A DNA stretch of 63,823 nucleotides, counting the filler. It is 7 parts of 7 records of this genome, joined end to end, with 100 filler letters (N's around TTAATTAATTAA, not from the genome) between each part and the next. Parts side by side here need not be neighbours in the genome. Positions count along the whole stretch, not along the records: positions 20,241 to 29,226 come from SRR31147125_13224; positions 29,327 to 37,477 come from SRR31147125_13231; 5 more parts are not named here. One strand, given 5' to 3'. How positions within the stretch are numbered: position 1 is the first letter of the stretch; each line of letters starts with the position of its first letter. A program made the position numbers and the translations under genes. The notes under the pieces are model-generated. The model did not search any database. It was not told the DNA's origin and saw only the letters and a program-made list of their open reading frames with translations. Positions 20,309 to 31,760 of the stretch are shown piece by piece.

Positions 20309-22231
20309 CTATATATTGATACCTGCAAAGTAACCCTCAGTCACCGCTGTTTCTGCAGTTCTAGCACGTACACAGTCACCAATTGTATAGTATTCTGGCG
20401 CACTTCCAATAAAGGCATCCGCTTGTTGGGTTCTCGGCTTCATACCCACGGCAAGAATCGTGCTATCAGTATTAATGAAAATAGATTTGCCTTCTTTTTC
20501 GTAACAAACGCTATCATCATTTATATAATTACATTTTGCATCAGTCATAATCGTCAGGTTTCTCTGCTTTTTCATCTCATATAAAATATCATCTCTATGT
20601 GTTTTAGATGCATCTGGCGCAACATCTGATCTCATTTCTAAAATCAAGACATTTTTTCCACTACGTGCAAAATGAAGTCCGGTCTCGCATCCCACTTGAC
20701 CGCCACCAATAATTACGATGTTTTCTCCAAGCTCGTCACTATTCATATCATACGAGTTAATCGCATTAATAGTTTTTTCTACTCCATCAAGAGGCGGTAC
20801 AATTGGCTCAGATCCAACTGCTACTACAACAGCATCATATTTATGCTTTTGTATTTCCTGCGCTGAAATCTCTTTACTTAAAACAATTTCAACATTTGAT
20901 TTTTTTATTTGCTTTATTAAATAATCTAAGAATTTCGCAAGTGAATACTTGAAATCTACTTTTGTGGCAAATCTCAACGTTCCGCCAAGCGTTTCGCTTT
21001 TTTCATATAGCGTTACATCATGTCCTCTTTTAAAAGCCGTTAATGCTGCCATAATCCCACCAGGTCCGCCACCAATCACAGCAACTTTTTTCTTTTTAGT
21101 AATCGGTTTAATCATGGATTCAAGCTTATGTTGAATGCCGATTGTTGGGTTCACGGTACATTTTATAAAATGCCCAAATACTGCACTGTCATGACACCGC
21201 ATACACTTAACACAAGGAGTGATATCAGCTTCTTGCTCATTAAGGCTTTTAGGAATCAACTCAGGATCCGCTATCAATGATCTTGACATCGCCACAAAAT
21301 CGGCTTTACCAGACGCTATAATTTCATCAGCATCACTTAAAGACCCAATGCCGCCAATCGCCGTTACTTTTGCACTGATCTCAGGTTCATTTTTAAATGC
21401 TTCTGCCAAATAAACATTTGGATTCGGTGGTAAAAAATCGCACGGATGTGTTCTGCACATCAAGTCTGGTGTCACCATGCCACAGCTTGCTTGGACAATA
21501 TCAGCATATTTTTGAAACACCTTAGCAATCTTTATACCCTCTTCTAAGTCTATTCCGTCTTTTTTAAACTCATCAGCTGACATTCTTATTTCTATAAACA
21601 TACTATCACCAATCCGATCTCGGATTGCTTCTAATATTTCAACAAAATATCGCGTGCGGTTTTCAAAGCTTCCACCATACTGATCTTTTCTCTTGTTCGT
21701 TAAAGGCGATAAAAACTGTGCTATCGGTATACTGTGTCCAAAATGCAGAAGGATACCATCATATCCTAGCTCCATAAGCTTTTCTGCACTGTGCGCATAG
21801 CCTTCTTTATACTTCATCATTTCATCGATTGGAATTTCTCTACCGGGTGTTGCACCATCCATCAAAAGACCACCATCTGATGCTACATAACCGTCTTCAA
21901 ATATACCAATCAACTCCATGGAAACTTTTGCGCCATAAAAGTGAATCCTTTCAGCCAACTCAGCTAATGGATTCATCGCAGTATGTTTATACAAATCCCA
22001 AGCCGCATGTAAACCATCGTCTTCAACCGGTAAAGTCTTAACGCCAGCACATACTACAGTCCCAGCCCCTGCCTTTGCACGCTGTACAAAAAAATTAATT
22101 GAAGCTTCGTTAGGATAATTCTCTCCACAAGAAGCAGCATGTAGGGTAACTGGTGCTGCAATGATTCTGTTTTTAATTAAATGCCTGCCCACTCTAATAG
22201 GGCTCATTATGTTTTTATATTTGTTCTCCAT
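20309..22231 (-). CDS. NADH:flavin oxidoreductase, OYE/2,4-dienoyl-CoA reductase-like Fe-S flavoenzyme
   Basis: KNRI.AP, QFLSP..NKRKDQYGGSFENR, CxxCxxC-x11-C (CVKCMRC...CTVNP), two GGG FAD/NAD motifs. Confidence 0.9.
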   Translation of the reverse strand: MENKYKNIMSPIRVGRHLIKNRIIAAPVTLHAASCGENYPNEASINFFVQRAKAGAGTVVCAGVKTLPVEDDGLHAAWDLYKHTAMNPLAELAERIHFYGAKVSMELIGIFEDGYVASDGGLLMDGATPGREIPIDEMMKYKEGYAHSAEKLMELGYDGILLHFGHSIPIAQFLSPLTNKRKDQYGGSFENRTRYFVEILEAIRDRIGDSMFIEIRMSADEFKKDGIDLEEGIKIAKVFQKYADIVQASCGMVTPDLMCRTHPCDFLPPNPNVYLAEAFKNEPEISAKVTAIGGIGSLSDADEIIASGKADFVAMSRSLIADPELIPKSLNEQEADITPCVKCMRCHDSAVFGHFIKCTVNPTIGIQHKLESMIKPITKKKKVAVIGGGPGGIMAALTAFKRGHDVTLYEKSETLGGTLRFATKVDFKYSLAKFLDYLIKQIKKSNVEIVLSKEISAQEIQKHKYDAVVVAVGSEPIVPPLDGVEKTINAINSYDMNSDELGENIVIIGGGQVGCETGLHFARSGKNVLILEMRSDVAPDASKTHRDDILYEMKKQRNLTIMTDAKCNYINDDSVCYEKEGKSIFINTDSTILAVGMKPRTQQADAFIGSAPEYYTIGDCVRARTAETAVTEGYFAGINI

Positions 22232-22306
22232 AAAAATTCCTTTTCATGAAAAAAGCAGATAAACATTTGAAACATTCATCCGCTTTTTCGAATTTAATAT
22301 TACTTA

Positions 22307-23581
22307 TTATTTAGAAGCATATTCTCTATCTTCTTTATTAGCATCAGGAATATTTCTCATTGTCAAGATAACGATAAACGAGATAACCAGCATAGCAATC
22401 ATCACATAATATGCCATAGAAAGCTTTCCTGCTTGATTGAATGCGCCCATATATGTCAACGCAAATGCCATAGGAATAGCTTGAATAGTCATAATCCATT
22501 TGTTTGCTGCCATGTATTTCTTACGACCATATACATAAGAAGTAATACAAGGATGCATAGTTGGTACGCCACCTGTCATGCAAGCAACACCAAACGCCCA
22601 CGTAATCATAAGTGCTGTGTTTCCACCAACTGGCATAATTGCTAAAGGTACAACAGCAAACAAGAACAATATGTTTAACAATAGTGATGCTTTAATTGAA
22701 CCCAATTTATCATCAACCCAACCTATAACATAGCTCATAGGAATACCTAAAGCCGCACCAACAGAAAGCCAGATTAGCGCCTTGCTAACAAAAAGGTTAG
22801 GAACATCATTTGGACCACTAAGTGTGATATATCTAACAGCCATATATGACATCATAGCTACGATAACAAATTGCATAATTCCATAAGAAACAATCAGTTG
22901 CCATGCTCTTTTCTCGCTTAATAATTCCTTTAAAGAAATATCTTTTGATTCGCCTTTTTCAGATAACGGCGCATGATCAGCACCATCAGGATTTAAACCT
23001 ACTTCCTCTGGCTTGTCCTTTACACCAAAAGCAGTAATCACTGCTAGTACTGCCAAAATCCCAGCAATAAGAATATACGCATTTAAACCTAATTGTGCAA
23101 CAAGTGCAGTCAATGCACCAATACCAACAACAGACATCAACGGACTACCAGCTGTGATAACCCCCATGACACGTCCTCTATATTTTATAAACCAATTTGC
23201 GCAAAGCATGAATGCACCCATCTGTAACGGAACAACCATTAGACGAACGATAAACAGACTAATCGCGTAAATTGAATAACTCTGAGCTGCAAAAGAAATC
23301 CCAACACAGCCCAATGCCATCAAAATAATAGATGGTATCATTATTTTTTTAACACCATATTTTATAAATACAATACCAATAATCAAATACCATATAATTG
23401 CCACTATGGATGCTACTGTAGCTGGATTGGTGATTTTGAAATCATTCCAACCTTGCGCTTGCAAGAAAGGTGTTAATATATTCAAATGGTCTGCCTGCAA
23501 ACCTGAATAAAAAAACATATAAATAACACCTAAAAACATAAACGTAATTGCATATCTCGCAAACTGTTTATTTTTAAACAT
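22307..23581 (-). CDS. MFS transporter (OFA-like)
   Basis: About 12 TM; NWFIKYRG, GWVDDKLG. Confidence 0.85.
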   Translation of the reverse strand: MFKNKQFARYAITFMFLGVIYMFFYSGLQADHLNILTPFLQAQGWNDFKITNPATVASIVAIIWYLIIGIVFIKYGVKKIMIPSIILMALGCVGISFAAQSYSIYAISLFIVRLMVVPLQMGAFMLCANWFIKYRGRVMGVITAGSPLMSVVGIGALTALVAQLGLNAYILIAGILAVLAVITAFGVKDKPEEVGLNPDGADHAPLSEKGESKDISLKELLSEKRAWQLIVSYGIMQFVIVAMMSYMAVRYITLSGPNDVPNLFVSKALIWLSVGAALGIPMSYVIGWVDDKLGSIKASLLLNILFLFAVVPLAIMPVGGNTALMITWAFGVACMTGGVPTMHPCITSYVYGRKKYMAANKWIMTIQAIPMAFALTYMGAFNQAGKLSMAYYVMIAMLVISFIVILTMRNIPDANKEDREYASK

Positions 23582-23958
23582 AACACTACCTCCAAAAAAT
23601 TTTTTTGTTATTACTAATTTAATAGCAAATATATAAAATTAAATTATTATCTAATTATGATTCGTATAAAAAACAAAGTTAAGTATTCTGTTATAAAAGC
23701 GACTTTAGTTTTTTTAGTTTCCATATTATGTTGTATTCTTAGCTGAAAATTGTTACAATTTGTACAATATAATCATAGATTAATTATTCTGGATTGTAAA
23801 ATTCATTATTTGCATAATAAATAGAGAGGATTTATTTAACCATGCTTATATGAACCCTTATAATTAATGAAATTTATAGCCCAAACTATCTAAAATAGCA
23901 TATCCAAACTTATTATTGCAAAAACATTAATTATAAAACCAAAATAACAATTATGTAT

Positions 23959-25140
23959 CTACGAATATGATTCAACAATAGTAGCAACGCCCATACCACC
24001 GCCAACGCATAGTGTAGCCAGTCCAACTTTCTTTTCTTTTTGCTTTAATGCGTAAAGCAAAGTGACCAATATCCGGCAGCCGGATGCACCAATTGGATGA
24101 CCCAGCGCAATTGCTCCGCCATTTACGTTGACTTTTTCCGCATCGAACCCCAATTCCTTTGCAACAGAAAGGCTCTGCACTGCAAATGCCTCATTTGATT
24201 CGATTATATCTATATCATCCATTATCATCTCTGCATTGTTAAGTGCTTTTTTAACCGAACTAATCGGACCAATACCCATAACAGAAGGATCAACCCCAGC
24301 TGATGCACAGGAAAGAACTTTAGCCATTGGTTTTATACCTAGTTCCTTTGCTTTTTTCTCGCTCATAACAACAATTGCTGCCGCACCATCATTAATCCCA
24401 GATGCATTTGCTGCTGTTACCGTACCATCTTTTTTAAACGCCGGACGGAGTTTAGATAGTCCTTCTTGCGTTATGCCTTGTCTTGGAAACTCATCTTTGT
24501 TGAACTCTACTGTCTCTCTTTTAACCTTAATTGGAACAGAAACAATTTCTTTTTCAAACAAACCAGCATTCTGCGCTTTTTCACATTTTTGCTGGCTCTG
24601 AGCTGCAAACTCGTCTTGAGCCTGTCTTGAAATAGAATATTTATCTGCTAGATTTTCAGCCGTAATACCCATATGGTAATCGTTAAATGCATCCCATAAT
24701 CCATCGCTGATCATCGTATCCGTCATTTTTCCATCGCCCATGCGATATCCAAAACGTGCCTTATCCAAAACATACGGTGACGCACTCATATTTTCCATAC
24801 CGCCGGCAACAATCACATCAGCTTGACCAGACTGTATCATTGCAACCGCCATATTAACAGCCTTTAATCCTGAGCCACACACATTGTTAAGCGTTAGGGC
24901 TGGTGCTTCGTTTGGCAGTCCTGCCATCAGTGCTGATTGTCTTGCGACATTCTGTCCAAGTCCTGCCTGCAAAACACACCCCATTATCACTTCGTCAACA
25001 TCTTTTGCATAAATACCTGCACGATTTATTGCTTCTTTTATCACAATACTCCCAAGTTTCGCAGCAGGAACATCGCTAAGTGATCCGCCAAACTTACCAA
25101 TAGCCGTACGGCATGCACCAGTTAAAATAACATTACTCAT
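23959..25140 (-). CDS. thlA: Acetyl-CoA C-acetyltransferase (thiolase)
   Basis: [23 protein letters not shown]. Confidence 0.96.
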   Translation of the reverse strand: MSNVILTGACRTAIGKFGGSLSDVPAAKLGSIVIKEAINRAGIYAKDVDEVIMGCVLQAGLGQNVARQSALMAGLPNEAPALTLNNVCGSGLKAVNMAVAMIQSGQADVIVAGGMENMSASPYVLDKARFGYRMGDGKMTDTMISDGLWDAFNDYHMGITAENLADKYSISRQAQDEFAAQSQQKCEKAQNAGLFEKEIVSVPIKVKRETVEFNKDEFPRQGITQEGLSKLRPAFKKDGTVTAANASGINDGAAAIVVMSEKKAKELGIKPMAKVLSCASAGVDPSVMGIGPISSVKKALNNAEMIMDDIDIIESNEAFAVQSLSVAKELGFDAEKVNVNGGAIALGHPIGASGCRILVTLLYALKQKEKKVGLATLCVGGGMGVATIVESYS

Positions 25141-25200
25141 AATTTTTCTCCTGTATTCTTTTCAATATTTTTATAACCTACTTGATAATTTTTATGTAGA

Positions 25201-25229
25201 TTGACTATCCTCAAACGCCATGCTAAAAT
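25201..25229 (+). promoter_or_regulatory. sigma70 promoter of lysR
   Basis: TTGACT-N17-TAAAAT with TG extension. Confidence 0.6.
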
Positions 25230-25262
25230 TATTTAAAATACTAATATGAAAGAAGCCTTGCT

Positions 25263-26165
25263 ATGAACTTAGATTCACTACAATATTTTAAATATACAGC
25301 GAAATATAAGAACATTACAAAAGCAGCAAAGCATTTTTATATCAGCCAATCATCGCTTAGTCGCCATATTATATCTTTAGAAAACGAGCTTGGCGTTAAG
25401 CTTTTTAAAAGGGATAACCGAAAGCTAGAACTAACGTCAGCTGGTAAGATTTTTTATCAAGAATGTAATCTCTTTATCCGACATATGGAATCACTCATTT
25501 ATAACGTACAATTAGCTGCCCAAGGCAGTTCTGGTGTGCTTAGAATTACAACACCCGGTAGAATTTACCCTGAACTTTCAACTGCATTAAAACAAGTTAA
25601 AGAAAAACATCCAAAATCCAGTTTTATCGTCGAATCTTATGATTTTAGTGAAATAGCTAGTGCTATTCATTATGGCGTATATGATATTGGATTTACATAC
25701 AAATTTGCTCTTGGCGAGTTCGATAACGTCATAGCTATTCCCGTTGGTACAGATGAGTTTTCTCTGATTGTATCTTCAAGTCTTTTAGAAAAAGCTCCAG
25801 AGAATAAACTCTCGTATATTGTCAACAATCTACCACTTTTGTTGCCTTCATATACTGAACCTCCATTTTTAAAGTTCGCTCTTCATAAACTACAATCAAT
25901 AACTGGTATCAATAAAATAAAAACAACATACGTCAATACATCCGATTCTGCAATCCTCGATACTTCTCTTGGGCTTGGATACAGCATACAGCCAAACGCA
26001 GTAACAAATGAAAAGCTTGGAATCAACAATCTTTCATACATAAGTTTGGACGATTTTTCTGCAAAAGGCACAATCGTTATGGTATATAAATCAGACAACA
26101 AATCAGAACTCATCGAAGATTTTAAGACAATTGTTAAAAACTTGACCAATATCGAAAATACCTAG
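25263..26165 (+). CDS. LysR family transcriptional regulator
   Basis: NITKAAKHFYISQSSLSRHIISLENELGVKLFKR HTH. Confidence 0.94.
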   Translation: MNLDSLQYFKYTAKYKNITKAAKHFYISQSSLSRHIISLENELGVKLFKRDNRKLELTSAGKIFYQECNLFIRHMESLIYNVQLAAQGSSGVLRITTPGRIYPELSTALKQVKEKHPKSSFIVESYDFSEIASAIHYGVYDIGFTYKFALGEFDNVIAIPVGTDEFSLIVSSSLLEKAPENKLSYIVNNLPLLLPSYTEPPFLKFALHKLQSITGINKIKTTYVNTSDSAILDTSLGLGYSIQPNAVTNEKLGINNLSYISLDDFSAKGTIVMVYKSDNKSELIEDFKTIVKNLTNIENT

Positions 26166-26184
26166 TAGCGCAATACCGTTATAG

Positions 26185-26838
26185 CTATATATCCATAATC
26201 TTTATATTATCTTTTATAATTAAATCTGCCCCTGTAGCTGCCTTGATTTCATCAATGCTGAAATTAGCATTATACTCTGTCAGCACCAACCCATCTTCAG
26301 TTATTTCCATAACGCCCATTTCTGTAATAATCATTTTCACTTTATTCTTTGCTGTAAGCGGTAACGAACAGTTTTTCAGTATCTTTAGCTTTCCTTTTGC
26401 AGTGTGCGTCATAGCAATAATAACTTTTTTAGCACCAACGACCAAATCCATAGCACCGCCCATTCCTGGCACCATTTTGCCTGGAATAATCCAGTTTGCA
26501 AGGTTGCCTTTTTCATCAACCTGCAAAGCACCCAACACCGTTAAATCAACATGTCCGCCTCGAATAATAGAAAAAGAAGTTGCACTATCAAAATAAGCGC
26601 CACCAGTCAAAATCGAAATCGGCTGACCACCAGCATTGGTTAAATCCATATCTACATCTTCTTCTTCAGGCTTAGGTCCTATGTTAATTAATCCGTTTTC
26701 TGACTGTAGAAATACGGTAATATCTTGCGGAATATAATTTGCCACCATAGTCGGAAGACCAATCCCCAAATTAACAATATCCCCATCGTTTAGTTCTTTA
26801 GCTACTCTTTTTGCAATAATTTCTTTTACATTCATCAT
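26185..26838 (-). CDS. ctfB: 3-oxoacid/acetoacetate CoA-transferase subunit B
   Basis: [15 protein letters not shown] active-site Glu, GMGGAMDL. Confidence 0.93.
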   Translation of the reverse strand: MMNVKEIIAKRVAKELNDGDIVNLGIGLPTMVANYIPQDITVFLQSENGLINIGPKPEEEDVDMDLTNAGGQPISILTGGAYFDSATSFSIIRGGHVDLTVLGALQVDEKGNLANWIIPGKMVPGMGGAMDLVVGAKKVIIAMTHTAKGKLKILKNCSLPLTAKNKVKMIITEMGVMEITEDGLVLTEYNANFSIDEIKAATGADLIIKDNIKIMDI

Positions 26839-26839
26839 A

Positions 26840-27490
26840 TTAGTCCACCTCTACTATGCTGTTTACAAAAACATGCGGTGTTATAATCACTTCTGGATCA
26901 ATCTCTCCAAGCTTCACAATCTCCTTTGGACAAGCAATAACATATTCTGCCGCTGTCGCCATGATTGGGTTAAAGTTTCTTGCCGTTTTAGAATAAGTTA
27001 AATTACCTAGTTCATCCGCTACGTTAGCAGATAGAATTGCAACATCGCCTTTAATCGGCAGTTCTAACAGGTACTCGGCACCTTTAACCTCAATTACTTT
27101 TTTTCCGTCCTGAACCGTAGTTCCAACACCAGTTGGTGTAAGCACACCGCCAAGTCCTGCACCATGTGCTCTAATTCTTTCAGCAAGTGTTCCCTGCGGT
27201 ACAAGCTCAACCTCCATACTACCATCGTTCATCTTTTGTCCAGCCAGTGGATTCAATCCAATATGCGAAGCTATTAATGTCTTAACCTGATCATTTTTAA
27301 TCAACTTTCCAACACCATCATTTTCATATCCTGCATCACTACAAACAATTGTTAAATCCTTTACACCTTTTTCAACAATTGCATCAATCAAAACTTCTGG
27401 TGTTCCACATGTCATAAAACCGCCAACTAATATTGTGCTGCCATCTTTTATCTTAGAAAGCACCTCTTTCACATTCATGATTTTATTCAT
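26840..27490 (-). CDS. ctfA: 3-oxoacid/acetoacetate CoA-transferase subunit A
   Basis: [20 protein letters not shown]. Confidence 0.93.
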   Translation of the reverse strand: MNKIMNVKEVLSKIKDGSTILVGGFMTCGTPEVLIDAIVEKGVKDLTIVCSDAGYENDGVGKLIKNDQVKTLIASHIGLNPLAGQKMNDGSMEVELVPQGTLAERIRAHGAGLGGVLTPTGVGTTVQDGKKVIEVKGAEYLLELPIKGDVAILSANVADELGNLTYSKTARNFNPIMATAAEYVIACPKEIVKLGEIDPEVIITPHVFVNSIVEVD

Positions 27491-27516
27491 TTCACTCTCT
27501 CACTTTCAATGTTTTT

Positions 27517-29226
27517 TTATATATCCATCGCCGCAAACATACCATCTCTAACAGCTTGCAACACAAATGCTGGTTTCTTGCAGTCTCCAACAAATCTTGT
27601 ATTCGGGAGAACTTTAATTAAATCTTCCAGTTCTTCTTTATTTGGTCTAAGTCCTAAAGCATGCAGTATTGTTCCACCTTTAAATTCTATTTCACTGCCA
27701 TCTTTTTTCTCTACAATAACACCATCTTTTAAAACTTCTTTGCATTTAGCATTCAATACAACTTCAATGCTTTTTGGCATAAACAACTCTAACGCCTCTC
27801 TATGACTTGGAAATGCATTTTTCGCATAATCGTCCTGCATCTCAATCACTTTTACATTCGCGCCATATTTTTCTCCCAAATACAAAGCAGATTCCATCCC
27901 GACTAATCCGCCACCGATAATTATAATGTCTTCTCTAATTATTTCAGGCTTTGTATATATATCCAAAACATAGTCTGCATTTTCTTTCAATCCCTTTATA
28001 GGTATCAGTAAGGGTTTAGCGCCAATCGCTATAATAACCGCTTCTGGATTATACTCTTTAATAGTATCCGCTGTACACGTTTTACCTGTAACAATTTTCA
28101 CACCAGCACGCTCAGTTCTTACAATAAGACTATCTCTAAACCTTCTAATATCTTCTTTATGGTCATCATAATCCGTAAACCAAAGCGTTCCACCCAATTT
28201 TTCTTGCTTTTCAATAAGTGTCACTTCGTGACCTCTATTTGCCGCTGTCATAGCAGCGTACATGCCACCCGGGCCACCGCCAACGACCAATACTTTCTTC
28301 TTACTCTTAATCGGCGGCATCCATTTAAGTCTTAGTTCCCGCATCGAATACGGATTAACCGTACATTGGAATGGCTGTGCAGATGGTCTTGCATCTTTAT
28401 CTGGTGCAAGCGGATTAAAGCAAGAGCATCTTAGGCACGGAGAAATTTCATCTTCTCTACCTTCAGCTGTTTTTTTAACAAATTCAGGATCCGCCATCAA
28501 CTGTCTTCCTAATGCAACAAAATCGCATTTACCTTGGCTAATTGCTTCTTCTATTTGCTGAGGGCTATTAAAACCGCCCACTGCAACAACAGGCACTTTT
28601 ACTGCCTTTTTTATCGCTTCTGAAAGGTCAAGATTACAACCATGCGGATGATACATGGATGAAAAAGCTTTTGATACAACGTGATTATGATACATACCAC
28701 TTGTCACATGAATCATATCCACTTTGTCCTCAATTAACTGTGAAAACTTCACACAATCTTCAATCTCCAAACCGCCTTCCACACGTTCACTACCTGATAA
28801 GCGATATTCTATCAATAAATCCGGACATCTCTCTCGTATACGATCCAGTACCATCATCGGAAATTTTGCCCTATTTTCAATGCTTCCACCAAACGCATCG
28901 GTTCGCTTATTGGTCAGTGGAGAAATAAACTGAGCCAACAACCACCCATGTCCGCCGTGAATCATTATCATTTCAAACCCAGCAGCCATTGCGGATTCTG
29001 CCGCTTTTGCAAAGTTATCCGCTACTGTATTCATCATAGCAAGATCCATTTGCTCAACCTGAACACCATCTTCACGAACAAAAGCACTTGGTCCAATCGG
29101 ATTTTTACCATCCTTAATTGTGCTTGGATGGTTTACAATACCTACGTGATTTAACTGAATACTGGCTACACAACCATGAACCTTTATCCCTTCTGTCAGT
29201 AAAAACAAAGATTCAAGATGACTGAC
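27517..29226 (-). CDS. Second OYE-like Fe-S flavoenzyme, 5' truncated
   Basis: HGGHGWLLAQF, NKRTDAFGGSIENRA, CLRCSC...CTVNP, GGGPGG. Confidence 0.88.
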   Translation of the reverse strand, partial: VSHLESLFLLTEGIKVHGCVASIQLNHVGIVNHPSTIKDGKNPIGPSAFVREDGVQVEQMDLAMMNTVADNFAKAAESAMAAGFEMIMIHGGHGWLLAQFISPLTNKRTDAFGGSIENRAKFPMMVLDRIRERCPDLLIEYRLSGSERVEGGLEIEDCVKFSQLIEDKVDMIHVTSGMYHNHVVSKAFSSMYHPHGCNLDLSEAIKKAVKVPVVAVGGFNSPQQIEEAISQGKCDFVALGRQLMADPEFVKKTAEGREDEISPCLRCSCFNPLAPDKDARPSAQPFQCTVNPYSMRELRLKWMPPIKSKKKVLVVGGGPGGMYAAMTAANRGHEVTLIEKQEKLGGTLWFTDYDDHKEDIRRFRDSLIVRTERAGVKIVTGKTCTADTIKEYNPEAVIIAIGAKPLLIPIKGLKENADYVLDIYTKPEIIREDIIIIGGGLVGMESALYLGEKYGANVKVIEMQDDYAKNAFPSHREALELFMPKSIEVVLNAKCKEVLKDGVIVEKKDGSEIEFKGGTILHALGLRPNKEELEDLIKVLPNTRFVGDCKKPAFVLQAVRDGMFAAMDI

Positions 29227-29326
29227 NNNNNNNNNNNNNNNNNNNNNNNNNNNNNNNNNNNNNNNNNNNNTTAATTAATTAANNNNNNNNNNNNNNNNNN
29301 NNNNNNNNNNNNNNNNNNNNNNNNNN

Positions 29327-29490
29327 TTTTGTGTTTTATATAACACATGTTCATGATCATCTTTTAAAACAAGTTTATTAAGTAGACTGAAATATTTACC
29401 ATGAACACGATATTTGATTTGTTCATGCTCATCAAAGATGTTAAAATCGTTTTTAAAACTAAATACTTTTTGTTTGATATAAAATTTCAT
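29327..29490 (-). CDS. LURP-one/Tubby C-terminal-like (YxjI-type) protein, truncated
   Basis: MKFYIKQKVFSFKNDFNIFDE N-terminus; GGGGG SD. Confidence 0.75.
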
Positions 29491-29503
29491 AAATCCCCCT
29501 TGA

Positions 29504-30103
29504 TTATGATGATTGTTTTTTTGAATATTTAATACTATATCCAACAAGTGTTATACCCACTTGTATCGGAATAGCCATAATGAAAAATAAATAACTTTCT
29601 TCTGTCGGAACAAGTAAGGTCAACATTAAAGCGAGCGTCCATAAAAATAAAGAAATGGATGCGATAATGTAGAAACCGTTTGCCCATATGCTAGAAAACA
29701 CAATAAGGACAATTGAAGATACTGGAATTGCAATAATATAGATATACCATAAATTAAAGATATGTATATCAAGCATCAGTAATAAACTAAATAAAGTGAT
29801 AGCAACAATCCATACAGAAACAATAGCAGCTAACGTAATGGTTAGATGTTTTTTTGTACGTACAGATTTAGGTATGACAATTCTTGGTTTTTCATAGACT
29901 AATTCATCAAGTGTAATCTCAAATAGATGAGATAATTTAGAAAGTACATAAATATCTGGAACACCTTCACCACGCTCCCATTTAGAGATTGCTTTATCTG
30001 AGTATTGTAAATACTCGGCAAGTTCTAATTGCGTCATTTTTTTCTGTTTACGATAAAATTGTATGTTTTTCGACAATCTGTCGTTGATCTCCATAGTTTT
30101 CAT
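29504..30103 (-). CDS. XRE-family HTH regulator with C-terminal TM segments
   Basis: TQLELAEYLQYSDKAISKWERG followed by about 4 TM helices. Confidence 0.9.
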   Translation of the reverse strand: MKTMEINDRLSKNIQFYRKQKKMTQLELAEYLQYSDKAISKWERGEGVPDIYVLSKLSHLFEITLDELVYEKPRIVIPKSVRTKKHLTITLAAIVSVWIVAITLFSLLLMLDIHIFNLWYIYIIAIPVSSIVLIVFSSIWANGFYIIASISLFLWTLALMLTLLVPTEESYLFFIMAIPIQVGITLVGYSIKYSKKQSS

Positions 30104-30140
30104 AAGTTAATTTTACCATTTTTTATAAAAAAGTGCATAT

Positions 30141-30155
30141 TCTACTGACAGTAGA
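30141..30155. promoter_or_regulatory. Palindromic operator candidate between the XRE and SGNH genes
   Basis: Perfect TCTACTG-A-CAGTAGA. Confidence 0.5.
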
Positions 30156-30267
30156 GTGTATTTTAAGAACTCTACAAGCGGATTTCAAATATGTGGAGTA
30201 TGAAACTATAGGATTTTTTAAACTTATCATATAAGATAAAAGCAAAGAAGAAAAGAGGTGATGACGC

Positions 30268-31020
30268 ATGAAAAAAGTTGCTATTTTTGGAGATTCAGTA
30301 TCTAAAGGCGTTATTTTAGATAAACAGTCTAGACGATATAAGTTTGCTGATGGCATTGATTGGGTAAATTTAGAAAACAGATTAAATATAAACATTGATA
30401 ATCATTCTAAAATGGGTGCAACCATTACATATGGGTTTAAAAAATTAAAACAATATTTAAATACAAAACCAGATGTTGACACTATTGTTTTATTGTATGG
30501 TGGTAATGATTGTGATTATGATTGGGTTAAAGTAGCTGCACAAAAATCACATGATTATCTTGCGAAAACACCAATAGATATCTTTAGAAAGACATTGATT
30601 GATATGGTTTTATACATTAAATCACATGGCATAAAACCAATTTTATTAACACTGCCTTCAATTCATGCGCATAAATACTACCAATGGATATCAAGACTTG
30701 ATATCAATATGGAAAATGTTATGTATTTCTTAGGAGATATCCAACATATTTATAGACATCATGAACTATATAATATGACGATTTTAGAAGTTGCACATAA
30801 GTTACAAGTACAAACTATAGATTTAAGAAAAGTATTTTTAAATCATAGAGACCCAGATAAAATGATATGCGATGACGGGATTCACCCTTCTATATATGCT
30901 GAGAAATTGGCTGTAGAACATATTATTGATCAAGTCCTTCATACATATAATAAAAAAGAAATATCACAACCAATGATAAGACCACTATCAATTAGTTATT
31001 TTCAAAAGGAGAGTCTATAA
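30268..31020 (+). CDS. SGNH/GDSL hydrolase
   Basis: FGDS, GAT, GGND, DGIHP. Confidence 0.92.
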   Translation: MKKVAIFGDSVSKGVILDKQSRRYKFADGIDWVNLENRLNINIDNHSKMGATITYGFKKLKQYLNTKPDVDTIVLLYGGNDCDYDWVKVAAQKSHDYLAKTPIDIFRKTLIDMVLYIKSHGIKPILLTLPSIHAHKYYQWISRLDINMENVMYFLGDIQHIYRHHELYNMTILEVAHKLQVQTIDLRKVFLNHRDPDKMICDDGIHPSIYAEKLAVEHIIDQVLHTYNKKEISQPMIRPLSISYFQKESL

Positions 31021-31021
31021 T

Positions 31022-31678
31022 ATGAAATCTTTTAGTCAAAAGAAAATCACTAAAATATTTAATGAAATAAATCGTAAACGTAAATTTATTCCTGAATATG
31101 CTGAAAATTATGCACTCATGCATACCGGTGACAAACATGATATCAATCATTATGACTTAACGGTTATGGATCAACAAGATAAAACATTAGTTATTCGAAA
31201 AACAATCCATGGTAATCGTCGTGTTGATATATTGATTTTACTAAAAACACCAAAAGCGAACTATGTGAATGTAAAAAGACGATTTAATACAGATGATGAT
31301 CCATTGAAAATATATTGCATGTCATCAGAAAAAGAATGGCGATTTTCATTTGATGGATACATGCGTCAAACAAATCAAAAAAATAAAGAAGCTAAGCATA
31401 TCACATTTAAAGCAACCTTTAAATCTGATGAACCTATGGTTGATCTATTTAATCATATTGACTATGAACACATCACACAAAAACCTTTATCAAATAAAGA
31501 AAAAGGGTGGTTGAAAAATGAATCATTTAAAGATCTCGTATCTTATCAACAAGATGGCGTACTCTCTTTAGAGATGCATTTAAACGATGAAGTGATCACA
31601 TTAAATAGTCAAGCAACAAGAAAACACGATTTTGGTAAACATCCATTTCAAGGGTTGTTAAAGTTCTTAAAAGGTTAG
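31022..31678 (+). CDS. Hypothetical protein
   Basis: 218-aa ORF with AGGAG SD, coupled to the SGNH gene and followed by a terminator. Confidence 0.7.
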   Translation: MKSFSQKKITKIFNEINRKRKFIPEYAENYALMHTGDKHDINHYDLTVMDQQDKTLVIRKTIHGNRRVDILILLKTPKANYVNVKRRFNTDDDPLKIYCMSSEKEWRFSFDGYMRQTNQKNKEAKHITFKATFKSDEPMVDLFNHIDYEHITQKPLSNKEKGWLKNESFKDLVSYQQDGVLSLEMHLNDEVITLNSQATRKHDFGKHPFQGLLKFLKG

Positions 31679-31696
31679 ATAAATATATGAAAATGT

Positions 31697-31724
31697 GGCA
31701 TACACTTATGTGTATGTCTTTTTT
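31697..31724 (+). terminator. Intrinsic terminator
   Basis: GGCATACAC-TTAT-GTGTATGTC plus T6. Confidence 0.7.
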
Positions 31725-31760
31725 GTTGTATAATAAAGAAAATAACGATTCTAGGGGTAT

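Noticed and set aside
23747-23761. Palindrome AAATTGT-T-ACAATTT upstream of the MFS gene
   Set aside because: AT-rich context makes chance likely, and it does not match Rex or cre sites well.
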